A stretch of 64,000 nucleotides of DNA, from assembly GCA_963813075.1 (NCBI GenBank), contig CAWEXU010000005.1, forward strand, positions 64,001 through 128,000, read 5' to 3'. A program made the position numbers and the translations under genes. Below the pieces are notes generated by a model, which made no database searches, had not been told where the DNA came from, and saw nothing but the letters and a program-made list of their open reading frames with translations. Source of the stretch: Methanotrichaceae archaeon (GTDB taxonomy: Archaea > Halobacteriota > Methanosarcinia > Methanotrichales > Methanotrichaceae). Shown here one piece after another: positions 1 to 14,696 of the stretch (position 1 is its first letter; each line of letters begins with the position of its first letter).

Positions 1-1175
1 GCAGCGGGATACGATGTATCCGTATCGCAGTCCATGCAGATCTCCGAGACGACTTTTGATGAAGCATTCGTCAAGAGCCTGTTTGGATTCGGCACCAATG
101 GCGGAATGGATGATAGCTTCTGGTATGGCCCGGAGTTTGAGGATGTCAGCACTGCTACCACCTTCTTCTCCGAGTTCTATATGGAGAGCACCGTCCCGGT
201 GGTCAAGACCTTCACTCCGGTGAAATACGATGTGACTCAAAGTGTCCCCGCCCGGATATATTTTGGCAGCGGCAAGGAGATCGCATATAACCAGTACCAA
301 TCCAGTGTAGCCGCCAGCAGAGGAAATGAGCTGTGGATTCAGAAGGGGCAGGATTGGTCCCAGTATGCCATAGTCCCGGCAGGATCCGGCATTCAGTTCA
401 TCGCCTTTGCCCCGGTGGGTGGCCAGGCCGACTACTATTGGATCCTTCAGACGGATTCCCTCAATATCACCAGCAAGCGTCTGGACCTCTACCCCGGATA
501 CAACAGCCTGAACTTCAAGGCGGATGAGGTGGGCAGGCACATTCTGCTCTTCGTGCTCAACAATCAGCCCAGCAACTCCATCATCATCGATGTGATCAGC
601 CAGGCCCCTCCGGCCCAGCAGACGGCGGTGGTAGCTGATATGCCGCCATCCAGCAACCATCCTCCAGCCTCTGCGATGCAGGCGACACAGACTGCACAGA
701 CGACGCAGACCGTGCAGACGCCACCCGGAGCCGCAGCCCCAGGCAGCGTGGCGCAGGCATACAGCGCAACTGCTCAGCAGACCACTACTGCCAGCACCAC
801 CACTCAGTACCAGGCGGCAGCAGCGTCCACCCAGCCCAAGCCCGTGGGAGTGGCTTATCCCCCCCAGGCGGCTGTGGCCGCAGCACTGCAGTGCCTGCAG
901 TAGCGGCAGGAGACACCCCGGTTACCATCAAGACCACCTTGAAGGGCTACGACGTCTATGTTGACGGCGTGATGATCGGAAAAGATGGGGCAGGTGGCGA
1001 TGCCCTGGATGGAGTCTTCAAGTTCAGGGTGGTGGGCGGCATGAGCCATAACATCAGGGTCTTCGATGGGGAGCACAATTACGAAAAGCCCATATATTTC
1101 GAGAGGGGTGTGACCAAGATCATAGAGGTACCTCCAGGCACGGTAGTTTATAGAACCGTCATACCCTATCGTTAA
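1..1175 (+). CDS. Secreted/cell-surface protein with Ala/Gln/Thr-rich linker and C-terminal PEGA-like domain; 5' partial, apparent frameshift at ~887
   Basis: Frame is open from base 1 through ORF 34-903 and continues in ORF 891-1175 (GYDVYVDGVMIG, PEGA-like); low-complexity TQTAQTTQT linker. Confidence 0.6.
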
Positions 1176-1280
1176 TTAATGCCCTATTATTTTTTTGTTT
1201 TATGATCTTTCCGCGGAAATGATCTTGCTTGCACTATTGTCATCTGAATTCTCCATCCAAAGGGATTGAGTTATCAACTC

Positions 1281-1308
1281 ATATTATTAACTTCTCAATT
1301 AATAATAT
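1281..1308. promoter_or_regulatory. Perfect inverted repeat, candidate transcription-factor operator
   Basis: ATATTATTAA-N8-TTAATAATAT, ~300 bp upstream of a metal-chelate ABC ATPase; AT-rich context lowers significance. Confidence 0.3.
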
Positions 1309-1611
1309 TTGTTGTTACCAGCGCTACACTGTCCTTTAGGAAAGCCGCCGATCGAATTTCCAGTGGGAGGCATTCTGTGGTGGTGATATTCATACTGTTC
1401 TTAATAAATCAACCATCGATCGTTTAATTCACTGCCTGGGTATGATTTGCGAATCGCCATCCATACACCAACAGCTATTTATCCATAATAGATAGCATGA
1501 ACTTGGAAATTGATGTTAACAAGACTGAGCACAGAATGATATCGAGATGCACTTCATCTTGAAATATGAATCCCGTCATCAGATATCCGAAAACTTAAGG
1601 AGGCAGCCCAC

Positions 1612-2436
1612 TTGGTGGAAATCACAATCAAGAACCTCGTATTCGGCTACAACAGCCACAAAATACTGGATGGAGTAAACATCATTGTGAAGAGCTCAGA
1701 GGTCTTGAGCCTGGTAGGGCCGAATGGCTCGGGGAAGACCACTCTTTTGAAGTGCATGGACCGCATCCTCAAGCCCAAGGGAAGCATCCTCATGGATGGC
1801 CAGGAGATAGAGAGGATGAGCCGGCAGGAGGTGGCAAGACAAATAGGCTATGTGCCCCAGTCCAGCTCCACCCCCCTGGCCACAACCGTTTTCGATACCG
1901 TTCTTATGGGCAGAAGGCCTCATATCGGCTGGAGGGTGCAGGACTCCGACCTGGATAAGGTGGCTGAGGTTTTGGAGAGGCTGCACCTGGAGGAGCTGGC
2001 CATGCGTGACTTCTCCCAGCTCTCCGGGGGCCAGAAGCAGAAGGTGCTCATCGCCCGTGCCCTGGCACAGGAGCCCGCAGTCCTTCTATTGGATGAGCCC
2101 ACATCCAACCTGGATATGCTCCATCAGCTGGAGGTGATGGAGACGGTCAATAGCCTGGTCAAGGAGAAGAGGATCTCTGCGGTCATGGCCATCCACGACC
2201 TCAACTTGGCCTCCCGCTTCTCGGACAAGCTGGTGATGCTCAAGGAGGGCAGGGTATTTGCCGCCGGCGAGCCGAAAGCCCTTCTCAATGAGGCCAACAT
2301 CAGCCAGGTCTACGGCATCGAGTCCATGGTCATGAACGCTATGGGACGGCCCTATGTGGTGCCACTGCGCTCGTTGGCAGAAGCGGCTGCATGCGACTGG
2401 CACAAACCTTTATGTATTGCAGATGTAGAAATTTGA
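1612..2436 (+). CDS. ABC transporter ATP-binding protein, iron-chelate/cobalamin (FecE/BtuD-like)
   Basis: Walker [10 protein letters not shown], signature LSGGQKQ, Walker B LLLDEPT, HDLNLA. Confidence 0.9.
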   Translation: MVEITIKNLVFGYNSHKILDGVNIIVKSSEVLSLVGPNGSGKTTLLKCMDRILKPKGSILMDGQEIERMSRQEVARQIGYVPQSSSTPLATTVFDTVLMGRRPHIGWRVQDSDLDKVAEVLERLHLEELAMRDFSQLSGGQKQKVLIARALAQEPAVLLLDEPTSNLDMLHQLEVMETVNSLVKEKRISAVMAIHDLNLASRFSDKLVMLKEGRVFAAGEPKALLNEANISQVYGIESMVMNAMGRPYVVPLRSLAEAAACDWHKPLCIADVEI

Positions 2437-2439
2437 TTA

Positions 2440-3447
2440 ATGGCCATTTCCTTTGCAGATAATCCGGAATTCGCTTCCCAATTGACCGGACAGGGTCCTG
2501 TAGAGGATATTTTAGCAATTATAAAATATATATACATACGTTATATCGGCAGCGCTCTGGCAGAGAATGTATGGTACTTCATCTCGACCATCATATCCAT
2601 ATCGATAATTATTATCTTAACTATTTTTATCGCTCGGCTGGTCAATGAGCTGCTTGAGACGCATATCCCTCGAATTATGGAATCCAGCCGGCTGGGCAAG
2701 GAGTTTGACGAGACCTCCCATGCCCTGACCCGCAGGCTCATCGTTGCCGCAATATATACCATCGGCATTTTAATGACCATCCTCCTGATCCCTTCCCTGA
2801 ACAGAATTGCCATCGCCATGCTGGCCGGCGCTGGTGTGGCAACTCTGGCCATTGGTTTTGCCGCTCAGGACTCCCTGTCCAATATAATATCCGGGATCTT
2901 CCTGGCGATCTTCAAGCCGATGCGCATTGGCGACTATGTCGACTTCAAGGGCGAGTACGGCCATATCGAGGATATAACCCTGCGCCACACGATAATATGC
3001 ACCTGGGATGAGCGGAGGATTATTGTCCCAAACAAGATCATGGGCGCTGACTCTATTGTGAACTGGAGCATTAACAATCCTGAGATCATCTGGCCGGTGA
3101 ATTTCGGCATAGGCTACTCTTCGGATATCGATAAGGCCCGGAGCATCATCATAGAGGAGGCCAAAAAACATCCCTATGTGTTGAAGGATAAAGAGATCAA
3201 TGTCCGCCTCACTGAGCTGGGAGACTTTGCCGTAAATCTGCGTCTGACATTTCATGTCCCCAGCAGGGATGTGTCATTTGAAGCCGGATGTGACATAAGG
3301 GAAGCCGTCAAAAAGAGGTTTGATGCAGAGGGAATTGAGATTCCATATCCATATCAGAATGTCATAATCTTAAAGCAGCCTTTAGATCCGTCCGCTCATC
3401 CTGGACTGGAGAGGTCTGCATCTGATGGCAGTGCAAATGATAAATAA
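2440..3447 (+). CDS. mscS: Small-conductance mechanosensitive channel (MscS family)
   Basis: TM helices, GFAAQDSLSNIISG, PMRIGDYV, GIEIPYP. Confidence 0.9.
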   Translation: MAISFADNPEFASQLTGQGPVEDILAIIKYIYIRYIGSALAENVWYFISTIISISIIIILTIFIARLVNELLETHIPRIMESSRLGKEFDETSHALTRRLIVAAIYTIGILMTILLIPSLNRIAIAMLAGAGVATLAIGFAAQDSLSNIISGIFLAIFKPMRIGDYVDFKGEYGHIEDITLRHTIICTWDERRIIVPNKIMGADSIVNWSINNPEIIWPVNFGIGYSSDIDKARSIIIEEAKKHPYVLKDKEINVRLTELGDFAVNLRLTFHVPSRDVSFEAGCDIREAVKKRFDAEGIEIPYPYQNVIILKQPLDPSAHPGLERSASDGSANDK

Positions 3448-3470
3448 AATGGATGAATAATCTATATTGC

Positions 3471-3882
3471 ATGAACCGAGTAGTGCATTTTGAGATACAG
3501 GCAGAGGATCCCCAGAGGGCGGCGAGCTTCTACCGGGAGGTCTTCGGCTGGCAGATCGATGAGTGGCTCATCCCGGGAGTGGAGATCAAGGATGAGAATC
3601 GTTACTGGCAGGTTGTGACCGGTCTAGAGACCGAGCCCGGTATCAACGGTGGTCTCGTCTTCCGGCGCGGGCCCGGCTCCAGCGGAGGGACAATCGGTCA
3701 ACTCATTCGTCTGCACAATAGAAGTTCCTGACCTGGATGAGTATATGGATCGGGTGTTGCAGGCAGGGGGGAGGGTTGCAGTCCCCAAGATGCCAATAAC
3801 CGGGGTGGGCTGGCTAGCCTATTGCCTGGACAGCGAGAGCAATATCTTCGGCCTGATGCAGACGGAGGAGAAGGCGCAATAG
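3471..3882 (+). CDS. VOC/glyoxalase family protein (frameshift ~3670)
   Basis: MNRVVHFEI...FYREVFGW joins PKMPITGVGWLAYCLDSESNIFGL in the second frame. Confidence 0.8.
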
Positions 3883-3898
3883 GGCAGAGATATTTTTT

Positions 3899-4917
3899 TT
3901 GAACATGATGAGCACGATGAGCATGATGGATGCAGAGTTCTCTATAATCCTGGCTCTGCAAGAGCAGGACTGGGCCATCCCCATAATGAAATTCGCCTCC
4001 TTTTTGGGATCGCTGGAGTTCATGCTCCTTTCTATGCCCTTTCTGTTCTGGTGCTGGGATGCAAAGCAGGGCTTCAGGGTGGGGCTGATGCTGGTTACTA
4101 GCCACGGGCTGAATGCCGCCCTGAAGATCGCCCTGCACAGCCCCCGGCCCTACTGGATCGATCCGGATATTCGAGCCTGGAGCACTCAGCCCTCCTTTGG
4201 TATGCCCTCCGGGCACGCCCAGAATGCCGTCTCCATCTGGGGCCTGACCGCTCACTTCATCCATAAACCCTGGGCCTATATTCTGGCCGCAGGCGCCTGC
4301 CTTTTGATCGGCCTCTCTCGAGCCTATCTGGGAGTTCACTTCCCCAGTGATGTGATCGCTGGCTGGGCAATAGGTGCATTGCTTTTGGGCTCATTCATCT
4401 GGGCAATGCCAGGCCAAGAGGAGAGGATCGGGAGGATGAATCTGAAAGGGCAGATGCTGCTCGCAACCCTGGCCTCCTTTGCCATCATCGCCCTTTATCT
4501 CCTGGGCCTGGCGGGCATGGGGGGATGGCAGATGCCCCCGGTCTGGGAGGCCAATTCCTGGCGGCGACGGTAGAGCCCATCGATCCATTCAGCCCGGTGG
4601 ATGCGTTCAGTGCTGCCGGGATGATGCTGGGCATCTGTTCCGGCTATGCCATTTTAAAGAGAAAGGGAGGCTTTTTGGCAGACGGGCCACGGTCCTGCCG
4701 TCTGGTCCGCTATCTCCTGGGAATGATAGGAGTGGTCTTGATCTGGTACGGACTGGAGGAGGCGGTGCAGATAGAGGCTGCCGGCTGGGTCCTCGACTAC
4801 ACGAAGAGCATGCTGGCGGGGCTCTGGGTCACATTGGGGGCGCCATTGATGTTCATCGGCCTTGGCCTGGCCAGAAGGGAAAAGGTTGATGTTGATGGGC
4901 AGAAGCTCGGGCGCTGA
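3899..4917 (+). CDS. PAP2 family membrane phosphatase (frameshift ~4557)
   Basis: KxxxxxxRP, PSGH and SRAYLGVHFPSD motifs; hydrophobic C-terminus continues in ORF 4525-4917. Confidence 0.85.
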
Positions 4918-4968
4918 ATGTCTGATACTATGCCGGACTTTATCTCAAGCATGTCTATCTCAAGCTGG

Positions 4969-5421
4969 CTATCTCAAGCCGGACTCGATCTTGTTCAGGT
5001 TCAGGATGATGTCCGCGGCCAGAATGTTGGTCAGGCCGTGGCGCTCGCATATGTTCAGCACCCGGTGAAGCTCGTCTCTTTGCATGGAGGCGGTGTTCTG
5101 AACAGCATACAGCATTCCCCCGGAGTAGCCCTCATCCTGGATGATGTCGTGCATGCTCTCCAGAATGGTCTGATCGAAGCTCATCCCGGTGGCCCCTATC
5201 TCCTGGATGGCGCTCTCCATGGCGCTGCTGTCCAGTGCCCGGCGATTTTTTTTTGATTCTCCTGCCTTTTTGATAAAATCGAGAGCCTCTTTGGAGATGC
5301 CCCGCAAGATCAGCTCGGAGGCCAATTTTTTTAAGGTCTTCTCCTGTAGAATAGCCTCGGCTTCAAGGGCCCTGTAAGCCTCGGGGGTGATCTCTATTCT
5401 GGTATATTTTGTGCTGGGCAT
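4969..5421 (-). CDS. Hypothetical protein, N-terminus resembles a ribbon-helix-helix DNA-binding domain
   Basis: 150-aa ORF; TRIEITPEAYRALEAEAILQEKTLKKLASELI beta-alpha-alpha pattern. Confidence 0.55.
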   Translation of the reverse strand: MPSTKYTRIEITPEAYRALEAEAILQEKTLKKLASELILRGISKEALDFIKKAGESKKNRRALDSSAMESAIQEIGATGMSFDQTILESMHDIIQDEGYSGGMLYAVQNTASMQRDELHRVLNICERHGLTNILAADIILNLNKIESGLR

Positions 5422-5513
5422 TTGTATGCTGCGCCTCGGTTTTCTCGCGAGAGTGCTAATATAATTATTCCTATTAAAAGACTGCGATCATATGCGGAAA
5501 ACGCAGAAAAAAG

Positions 5514-6764
5514 TTATAGGGGATGGACCTTCTCCGGCAGCCACTCCCACCAGCCGCCCATCCTCAGGTCAGATGGAAGGATAAAGCTCGATCCAGGTCG
5601 ACCAGGCCTGAAGATTATAAGCAGCATCTGCTGGTCAGCCGTCTGGTGATCGTAGGCCGATCCAATTACCGCATATCCTCCTTCCATGGTCGTATCCACT
5701 CCGCTGGCTACATTGAATGAGTCGAGCACCTCTGGATAGATCTTCGACCAGATGACATCTCCATTGAGGTTGGTTCTTGTCACAAGGATCTGGGCAAAGC
5801 CGCTGCTTGCAGCTCTGGTGCCTGCACTGATCAGACCTTTGCCGTCCTTTGTCACCCTGATCTGGGATAAGGTGTCCTCAGAGGGATCGCCGATGTTCTT
5901 CTCCCAGGGGGATTTCCATCCCTCATAGAGCTTGATCAGCCAGCCGTCGCACTCCATATTGCTGCCAGGACACTTGGTCATGCCCAGGAGGGTTACGGTC
6001 CTGTTTCCCTGCTTCATGGCGACCAGAGAAGCCCCATATTCCGCCCCGCCGCAGCACTCAGGATACGACCCGGCAAACAGCCTTCTCCATCCCGGAACTC
6101 CCGCGGAATCGGTCTTCTGCAGCAGGATGCATTTATCTTTTGCCTCGTTGAAGACAAAGATTCCTGCGAGGATGTAGCCATCTACTGTCTGGTGTACCTC
6201 CAGGCCGCTATCATTGTACAGCCAGCCAAAGGTCCTGTCCCATCCACCGGGCCCGTCCTTGTCGCCCAGGGAGTCGGTCTTTATCAGCCAGATGTCATCG
6301 CCCCCGGCTCCCATTGAATCCGTGGTTCCTGCGATGATGTATCCGCCATCTTTGGTCTGGCTGACATAGTTTCCTATGCTCTTCCCCGCTCCTCCAAAGC
6401 CTCTCTCCCAGATCAATGTCCCATCCCTCTTATCGAACTTTGCCAGCCATAGATCTGAGCCCGTTGCACCGGTTACGACATAGTTGCCGTCTTTTGCCAC
6501 AGCTACAGAGCGGGCAATGCAATTTCCGATGACTTTATCCCATTTGATATTGCCGTTCTTATCGGTCTTAACCAGCCAGGCATCACTTCCATTCTGTCCG
6601 GCCAGAATGAATCCGTCCGCAGTGCTTCGAATAGACCGTCCATAATCGTCTTCTGGCCCGCCAAATTTTTTTGTTATTTCCAGGCCTGAGGCACCCATCA
6701 CCATCGATGAAATCAAGATAAAAAACAGGATGCAATGCCATCTAAATTGGCTTTTCTCGCTCAT
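5514..6764 (-). CDS. Secreted beta-propeller-like repeat protein
   Basis: Signal peptide; repeated DGGYIIAG...DIWLIKTD...W units. Confidence 0.7.
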   Translation of the reverse strand: MSEKSQFRWHCILFFILISSMVMGASGLEITKKFGGPEDDYGRSIRSTADGFILAGQNGSDAWLVKTDKNGNIKWDKVIGNCIARSVAVAKDGNYVVTGATGSDLWLAKFDKRDGTLIWERGFGGAGKSIGNYVSQTKDGGYIIAGTTDSMGAGGDDIWLIKTDSLGDKDGPGGWDRTFGWLYNDSGLEVHQTVDGYILAGIFVFNEAKDKCILLQKTDSAGVPGWRRLFAGSYPECCGGAEYGASLVAMKQGNRTVTLLGMTKCPGSNMECDGWLIKLYEGWKSPWEKNIGDPSEDTLSQIRVTKDGKGLISAGTRAASSGFAQILVTRTNLNGDVIWSKIYPEVLDSFNVASGVDTTMEGGYAVIGSAYDHQTADQQMLLIIFRPGRPGSSFILPSDLRMGGWWEWLPEKVHPL

Positions 6765-6934
6765 GGTCGTTCCCCTTAATTTTTTATAACTCCTATTGGC
6801 GTTGAATCGATATAAATAGATTGGATAATCGTGATGAAATTTTTAGATATCCATGCCCCGCATATTATGGTGCTTTATCTCATCCAAAAGCTTTTCTTAT
6901 AAGCGATGGTTAGTGCAGATCGAGGGAAGCGAAA

Positions 6935-10870
<3,936 letters not shown>

Positions 10871-10941
10871 ATTCTCCAATTTACACCAGTATTTATTTAA
10901 GTAAATGCTTACATATAAGCGCATACAGAGGTGGCATATGC

Positions 10942-11529
10942 ATGAGTGGAAATCCGATCCTTGATTGGAACCATCAAGGGGTTCTTTATCCGATTGATCC
11001 ACGCAGCGGAGCCACTTCTAGAAATAGATCGCCTTATAAGGTCTCCCTAAATGATTTTGTTTTGCAATTTAGCACTTCGCCGGATCGTCAAAACTTGTTA
11101 AGTGGCCTTCTTTCTTTTCGCTCGGCATTGCACGGGGCCGGAATTAGCGCTGGTTTTCAGTGGCTAGATGGGAGTTTTCTAGAAAGGGTCGAATCATTGA
11201 GATCCTGCTCGCCCAACGATATCGATGTTGTTACATTTTACATTTTACCCGCTGGTCAAACACAACAAACGCTTGCTGCAAGCCACCCACAACTTTTCGA
11301 TCACGATTATCTTAAGAATAATTATCACGTTGATGCATATTTTTTCGAATTGAAGGGCAGCACAATTGTTAGACTCATCGCCGAGACCATATACTGGTAT
11401 AGCCTCTGGTCTCATCAACGTAATTCACTGTTATGGAAAGGGTATTTGCAGGTAGATCTTTCTCCAACCAATGATATTGTTGCTTTAGACCACCTTAATC
11501 GAATAAAACGTCAAGGTGGTCTTCCATGA
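10942..11529 (+). CDS. Pol-beta-superfamily nucleotidyltransferase-like protein (DUF6932-like)
   Basis: WLDGSF...PNDIDVV (GS...DxD) plus downstream HVDAY acidic residue. Confidence 0.7.
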   Translation: MSGNPILDWNHQGVLYPIDPRSGATSRNRSPYKVSLNDFVLQFSTSPDRQNLLSGLLSFRSALHGAGISAGFQWLDGSFLERVESLRSCSPNDIDVVTFYILPAGQTQQTLAASHPQLFDHDYLKNNYHVDAYFFELKGSTIVRLIAETIYWYSLWSHQRNSLLWKGYLQVDLSPTNDIVALDHLNRIKRQGGLP

Positions 11530-12456
11530 TTCTGAATGAACGCCAGTTTCTCGAATCAGAGATAACTACATTGGAGGAGTTGATAAGCCAAACACCCGAA
11601 GAAGACGTAATAGATCGAAAGAGTTTAGAAGCCCGAAAGAGGAATGTAGAGGTGCAATTATCCGCTCTATCAACAGACATTTAATGAACCGGTCCGTACT
11701 AGGTTAATATTTCAGGGGAAGCCTACGTTTAAAAATCGCGGAATATTCATGGACTTTGCAGGAATTGCGCTAGACAAATTTACGTCAATGGTCGCTGCGA
11801 TTGGTGCTAGTCAAACAAACGATTTGGGTTTGCGCGGCATAATTCCTAAGAAAGAAGATTATCAATTAATGATAACAGGAACAACGAAAGGGTCTTTCGG
11901 CTTTGAAATTGAAGAAGTACAGCCAAAGCTTTCTTCTGAAATCTCTCCCGTCAAGGCGGCAATTAATAAGGTCAACTTAATCATGGAACTGTCACCAGGA
12001 GCAAGCGACGATGATCTGGCAGAGATTATTGCAGATGAAAGCCAACGTGCGATTACTGCGATCAGAGCATTTCTCGATGTGATGGAAGATAATGAAGCAC
12101 AATTCGCTCTTGTATTGGATAGTGACATTGATGATCATGCTCAATTCGTTGGAGTAGAACAAATTAAACGCATTAAAGAGCGGCTTAAGCCCGAAAATAT
12201 TCGCGAAGGTGAGACAGAGCTTTTGGGCAAATTCCAGGGTACCATATCTACAAGACGTCTTTTTGAATTTTTAATAGAAAATCCCCCTGAGATAATTGTA
12301 GGCAAGGTTGGACCAGAAATTGAAGATCCGATTAAAATCAATCAAATTCTCGAAAAACCAACAAGAATTCAAGTCCATACAAAGCAAGTAGGGAAAAGTC
12401 GACCTACTTATAGGCTTATCAGTGTTGAAGATCTGAAAAAGACACCCCCCATTTAG
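11526..12456 (+). CDS. Uncharacterised partner of the nucleotidyltransferase (~310 aa, frameshift ~11680)
   Basis: ATGA overlap with upstream stop; MILNERQFLESEITTLEELISQTPEEDVIDR... joins NEPVRTRLIFQGKP...TTKGSFGFEIEE in the frame of ORF 11749-12456. Confidence 0.65.
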
Positions 12457-12600
12457 TCCGAATCCAAGCGCAAAGAGCTGCTGGAGCGTCTGAATCGGAT
12501 CCCAGGATTCAGCATTCCAGATGATGCCATCGAGCGCCGCCCGAATGTTTATTTGGCAGTACTAAAGAACAAGGATGCACTGGATCAGTTATGGGTTTGC
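12457..12600 (+). pseudogene. Headless 3' gene remnant
   Basis: SESKRKELLERLNRIPGFSIPDDAIERRPNVYLAVLKNKDALDQL begins directly after TAG 12456 with no start codon. Confidence 0.5.
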
Positions 12601-12724
12601 ATCACGATGGAGATCGATGAGGATTGGATAACTGGTAATAGGTATTTATCTTGGGGGGAGTCAGTAGAATCCGGATACAAGGGTTAATGAGTTGAAACCG
12701 TAAGCACGATCGGGAGGAAAATTT

Positions 12725-13021
12725 ATGGCATCTTTGTGGTGGAACAGCGAAGTCCGGAATGTTAGCGTGGCTTTATCTGGAATAGGTGAGTTGAAGTTAG
12801 TCATATCGAATTCTTTGAAAAAAAAGGGTTTTTCAGATGTGCGCCTTAACAACCTTGAAGTCGCCGGTGGAAAGAACGGTGTTTGGATCTCAATCGGCCA
12901 TTTTCACATTGCTGACCGGCAATTCTGGGAAATCGTGATGGGCAGCGGCGACAGCGTAGAGCAAACAAAAGGGGTTGTTAACGAGGTTGTGACCCTTCTC
13001 CGTGACCTGAGATTTCTATGA
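12725..13021 (+). CDS. Hypothetical protein (98 aa)
   Basis: GGAGG RBS upstream; ATGA overlap with next gene. Confidence 0.65.
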   Translation: MASLWWNSEVRNVSVALSGIGELKLVISNSLKKKGFSDVRLNNLEVAGGKNGVWISIGHFHIADRQFWEIVMGSGDSVEQTKGVVNEVVTLLRDLRFL

Positions 13022-13542
13022 TGATAAATGCCTTGTTTGAAAATGAGTTATCCCTTGGAGTTCTCCTGCTGGCCTTGTGGTCGGCGACAATTTATATTAT
13101 TAGGTCGATTGTGGATAAGAGCATTGATGCAAAATTCGAGGCTTACTCAAAACGATTTGAAACCCGTTTAGACTTTGAGCAAAAAATTTTGAGCGAACGT
13201 TATACTCTCATAATGGAGCTATCAAGGCGTCTGGAAAAAGTAATGACAAATCTCAATAGGAAAAAAAACAGCATGCCATTACCGGATGGATTCATTACCG
13301 CAACAAATGAAATCGTGCCTCTCACAGAAATTTTTGAAGATCTAGAGATCAATCGATTAGCCCTCACAGAGAGATTCTATCTGCTCTTCACTGAACAGGC
13401 AAAGTTGGCCCTCAGAGCGGCAAATGCAGTTGATTCGGAATGGCAGGAAATATTTGAGGATTGGGCAAACCTCCGTGCTGAAATTCGAGCCGCCACCGAT
13501 GAAGTTTTCGCGCTAAGCAAAATCAAAATGCAGCTTCAATAA
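13018..13542 (+). CDS. Hypothetical protein with N-terminal transmembrane helix and helical C-terminus
   Basis: LSLGVLLLALWSATIYIIR hydrophobic segment; coupled to upstream ORF. Confidence 0.65.
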   Translation: MMINALFENELSLGVLLLALWSATIYIIRSIVDKSIDAKFEAYSKRFETRLDFEQKILSERYTLIMELSRRLEKVMTNLNRKKNSMPLPDGFITATNEIVPLTEIFEDLEINRLALTERFYLLFTEQAKLALRAANAVDSEWQEIFEDWANLRAEIRAATDEVFALSKIKMQLQ

Positions 13543-13604
13543 ACTCAAAGGCAGGCAATCCATATTCGAAATCCTCTTAAATCGTCCGCACAAATCATCA
13601 TTCA

Positions 13605-14603
13605 ATGAATCAGAACCAGAGCCCCAACTATCTCATTTACGGCGCAGGAGCCATTGGCAGCGTCCTGGGAGCCTTCCTGCACAAGATCAATAGATCGGTG
13701 ACCTTTGCCGGCAGAGGGGCGCACTTTTCAGCCATCAAAGAGCAGGGCCTGAGGATCACCGGCATCTGGGGCGAGCACCTGGTCCCCAAAGAGGAGATCA
13801 TCACTCTTTTCGATCCACTGAATAGCGAAAAGAGATTCTCGACCATCCTCCTATCGGTCAAATCCAAGGACACGGAAAAGGCCGCCCGGGAGGCCGCCCC
13901 TCTCTTAGCAGAGGACGGTATCATGGTCTCCATCCAGAACGGCCTGGGCAACTGGGAGACCATCGCCAGGTTCGTGGGCGAGAACAGGACGGTGGGGGCG
14001 CGGGTGATCTTCGGAGCAGAGATCCCAGTTCCCGGACTGGCAAAGGTCACTGTGAATGCGGACGACGTCCTCTTGGGCGAGCCCTTCTGCCCGGTGAACC
14101 GGGCTTTATTGCAGACACTGAATGAAGACCTTAGGCTTTCCGGCATCCCGGCAAGGGTGGTCTCAAAAGAGGATATCCGTTCCGCCCTCTGGGGAAAGGT
14201 GCTCTACAACTGCTCTCTCAATCCTTTGGGGGCGATCCTTGAGGTTCCTTACGGCCGGCTGGGGGAGAACGAGGAGACGAGGAAGATAATCCGGGGGATC
14301 ATAGAGGAGATATTCCAGGTCTCTCAGGCCCTGAATGTCCCCCTTCCCTACCGGAGTGCAGATGATTACTACCGCTTTCTATTGGAGACCCAGCTCCCGC
14401 CCACCCGCGATCACCGCGCCAGCATGCTGCAGGACATCCTGGCCAAAAGAAAAACGGAGATCGATGCCCTGAACGGGGCCATCTCTCGCCTGGCCCGGGA
14501 GAATGGGATTCCTGCCCCCTATAACGACCTTCTCACCCTGCTCATTAAGTTCAAGGAGAAGGGGGTGAGCCAGGAGGGCCGGGGTCCTGGCTCGCGGAGC
14601 TGA
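13605..14603 (+). CDS. panE: Ketopantoate reductase family (ApbA/PanE)
   Basis: GAGAIG, QNGLG, WGKVLYN, SMLQD...RKTEIDALNG. Confidence 0.9.
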   Translation: MNQNQSPNYLIYGAGAIGSVLGAFLHKINRSVTFAGRGAHFSAIKEQGLRITGIWGEHLVPKEEIITLFDPLNSEKRFSTILLSVKSKDTEKAAREAAPLLAEDGIMVSIQNGLGNWETIARFVGENRTVGARVIFGAEIPVPGLAKVTVNADDVLLGEPFCPVNRALLQTLNEDLRLSGIPARVVSKEDIRSALWGKVLYNCSLNPLGAILEVPYGRLGENEETRKIIRGIIEEIFQVSQALNVPLPYRSADDYYRFLLETQLPPTRDHRASMLQDILAKRKTEIDALNGAISRLARENGIPAPYNDLLTLLIKFKEKGVSQEGRGPGSRS

Positions 14604-14696
14604 AGCTGGCTGCCGGAAGCTGTACGCTGCAATCAAGCCCCGGCTGACCCTGCTGACCAGGCTGACGATCCTCCAGATAACCGGGCATGAGGATCT

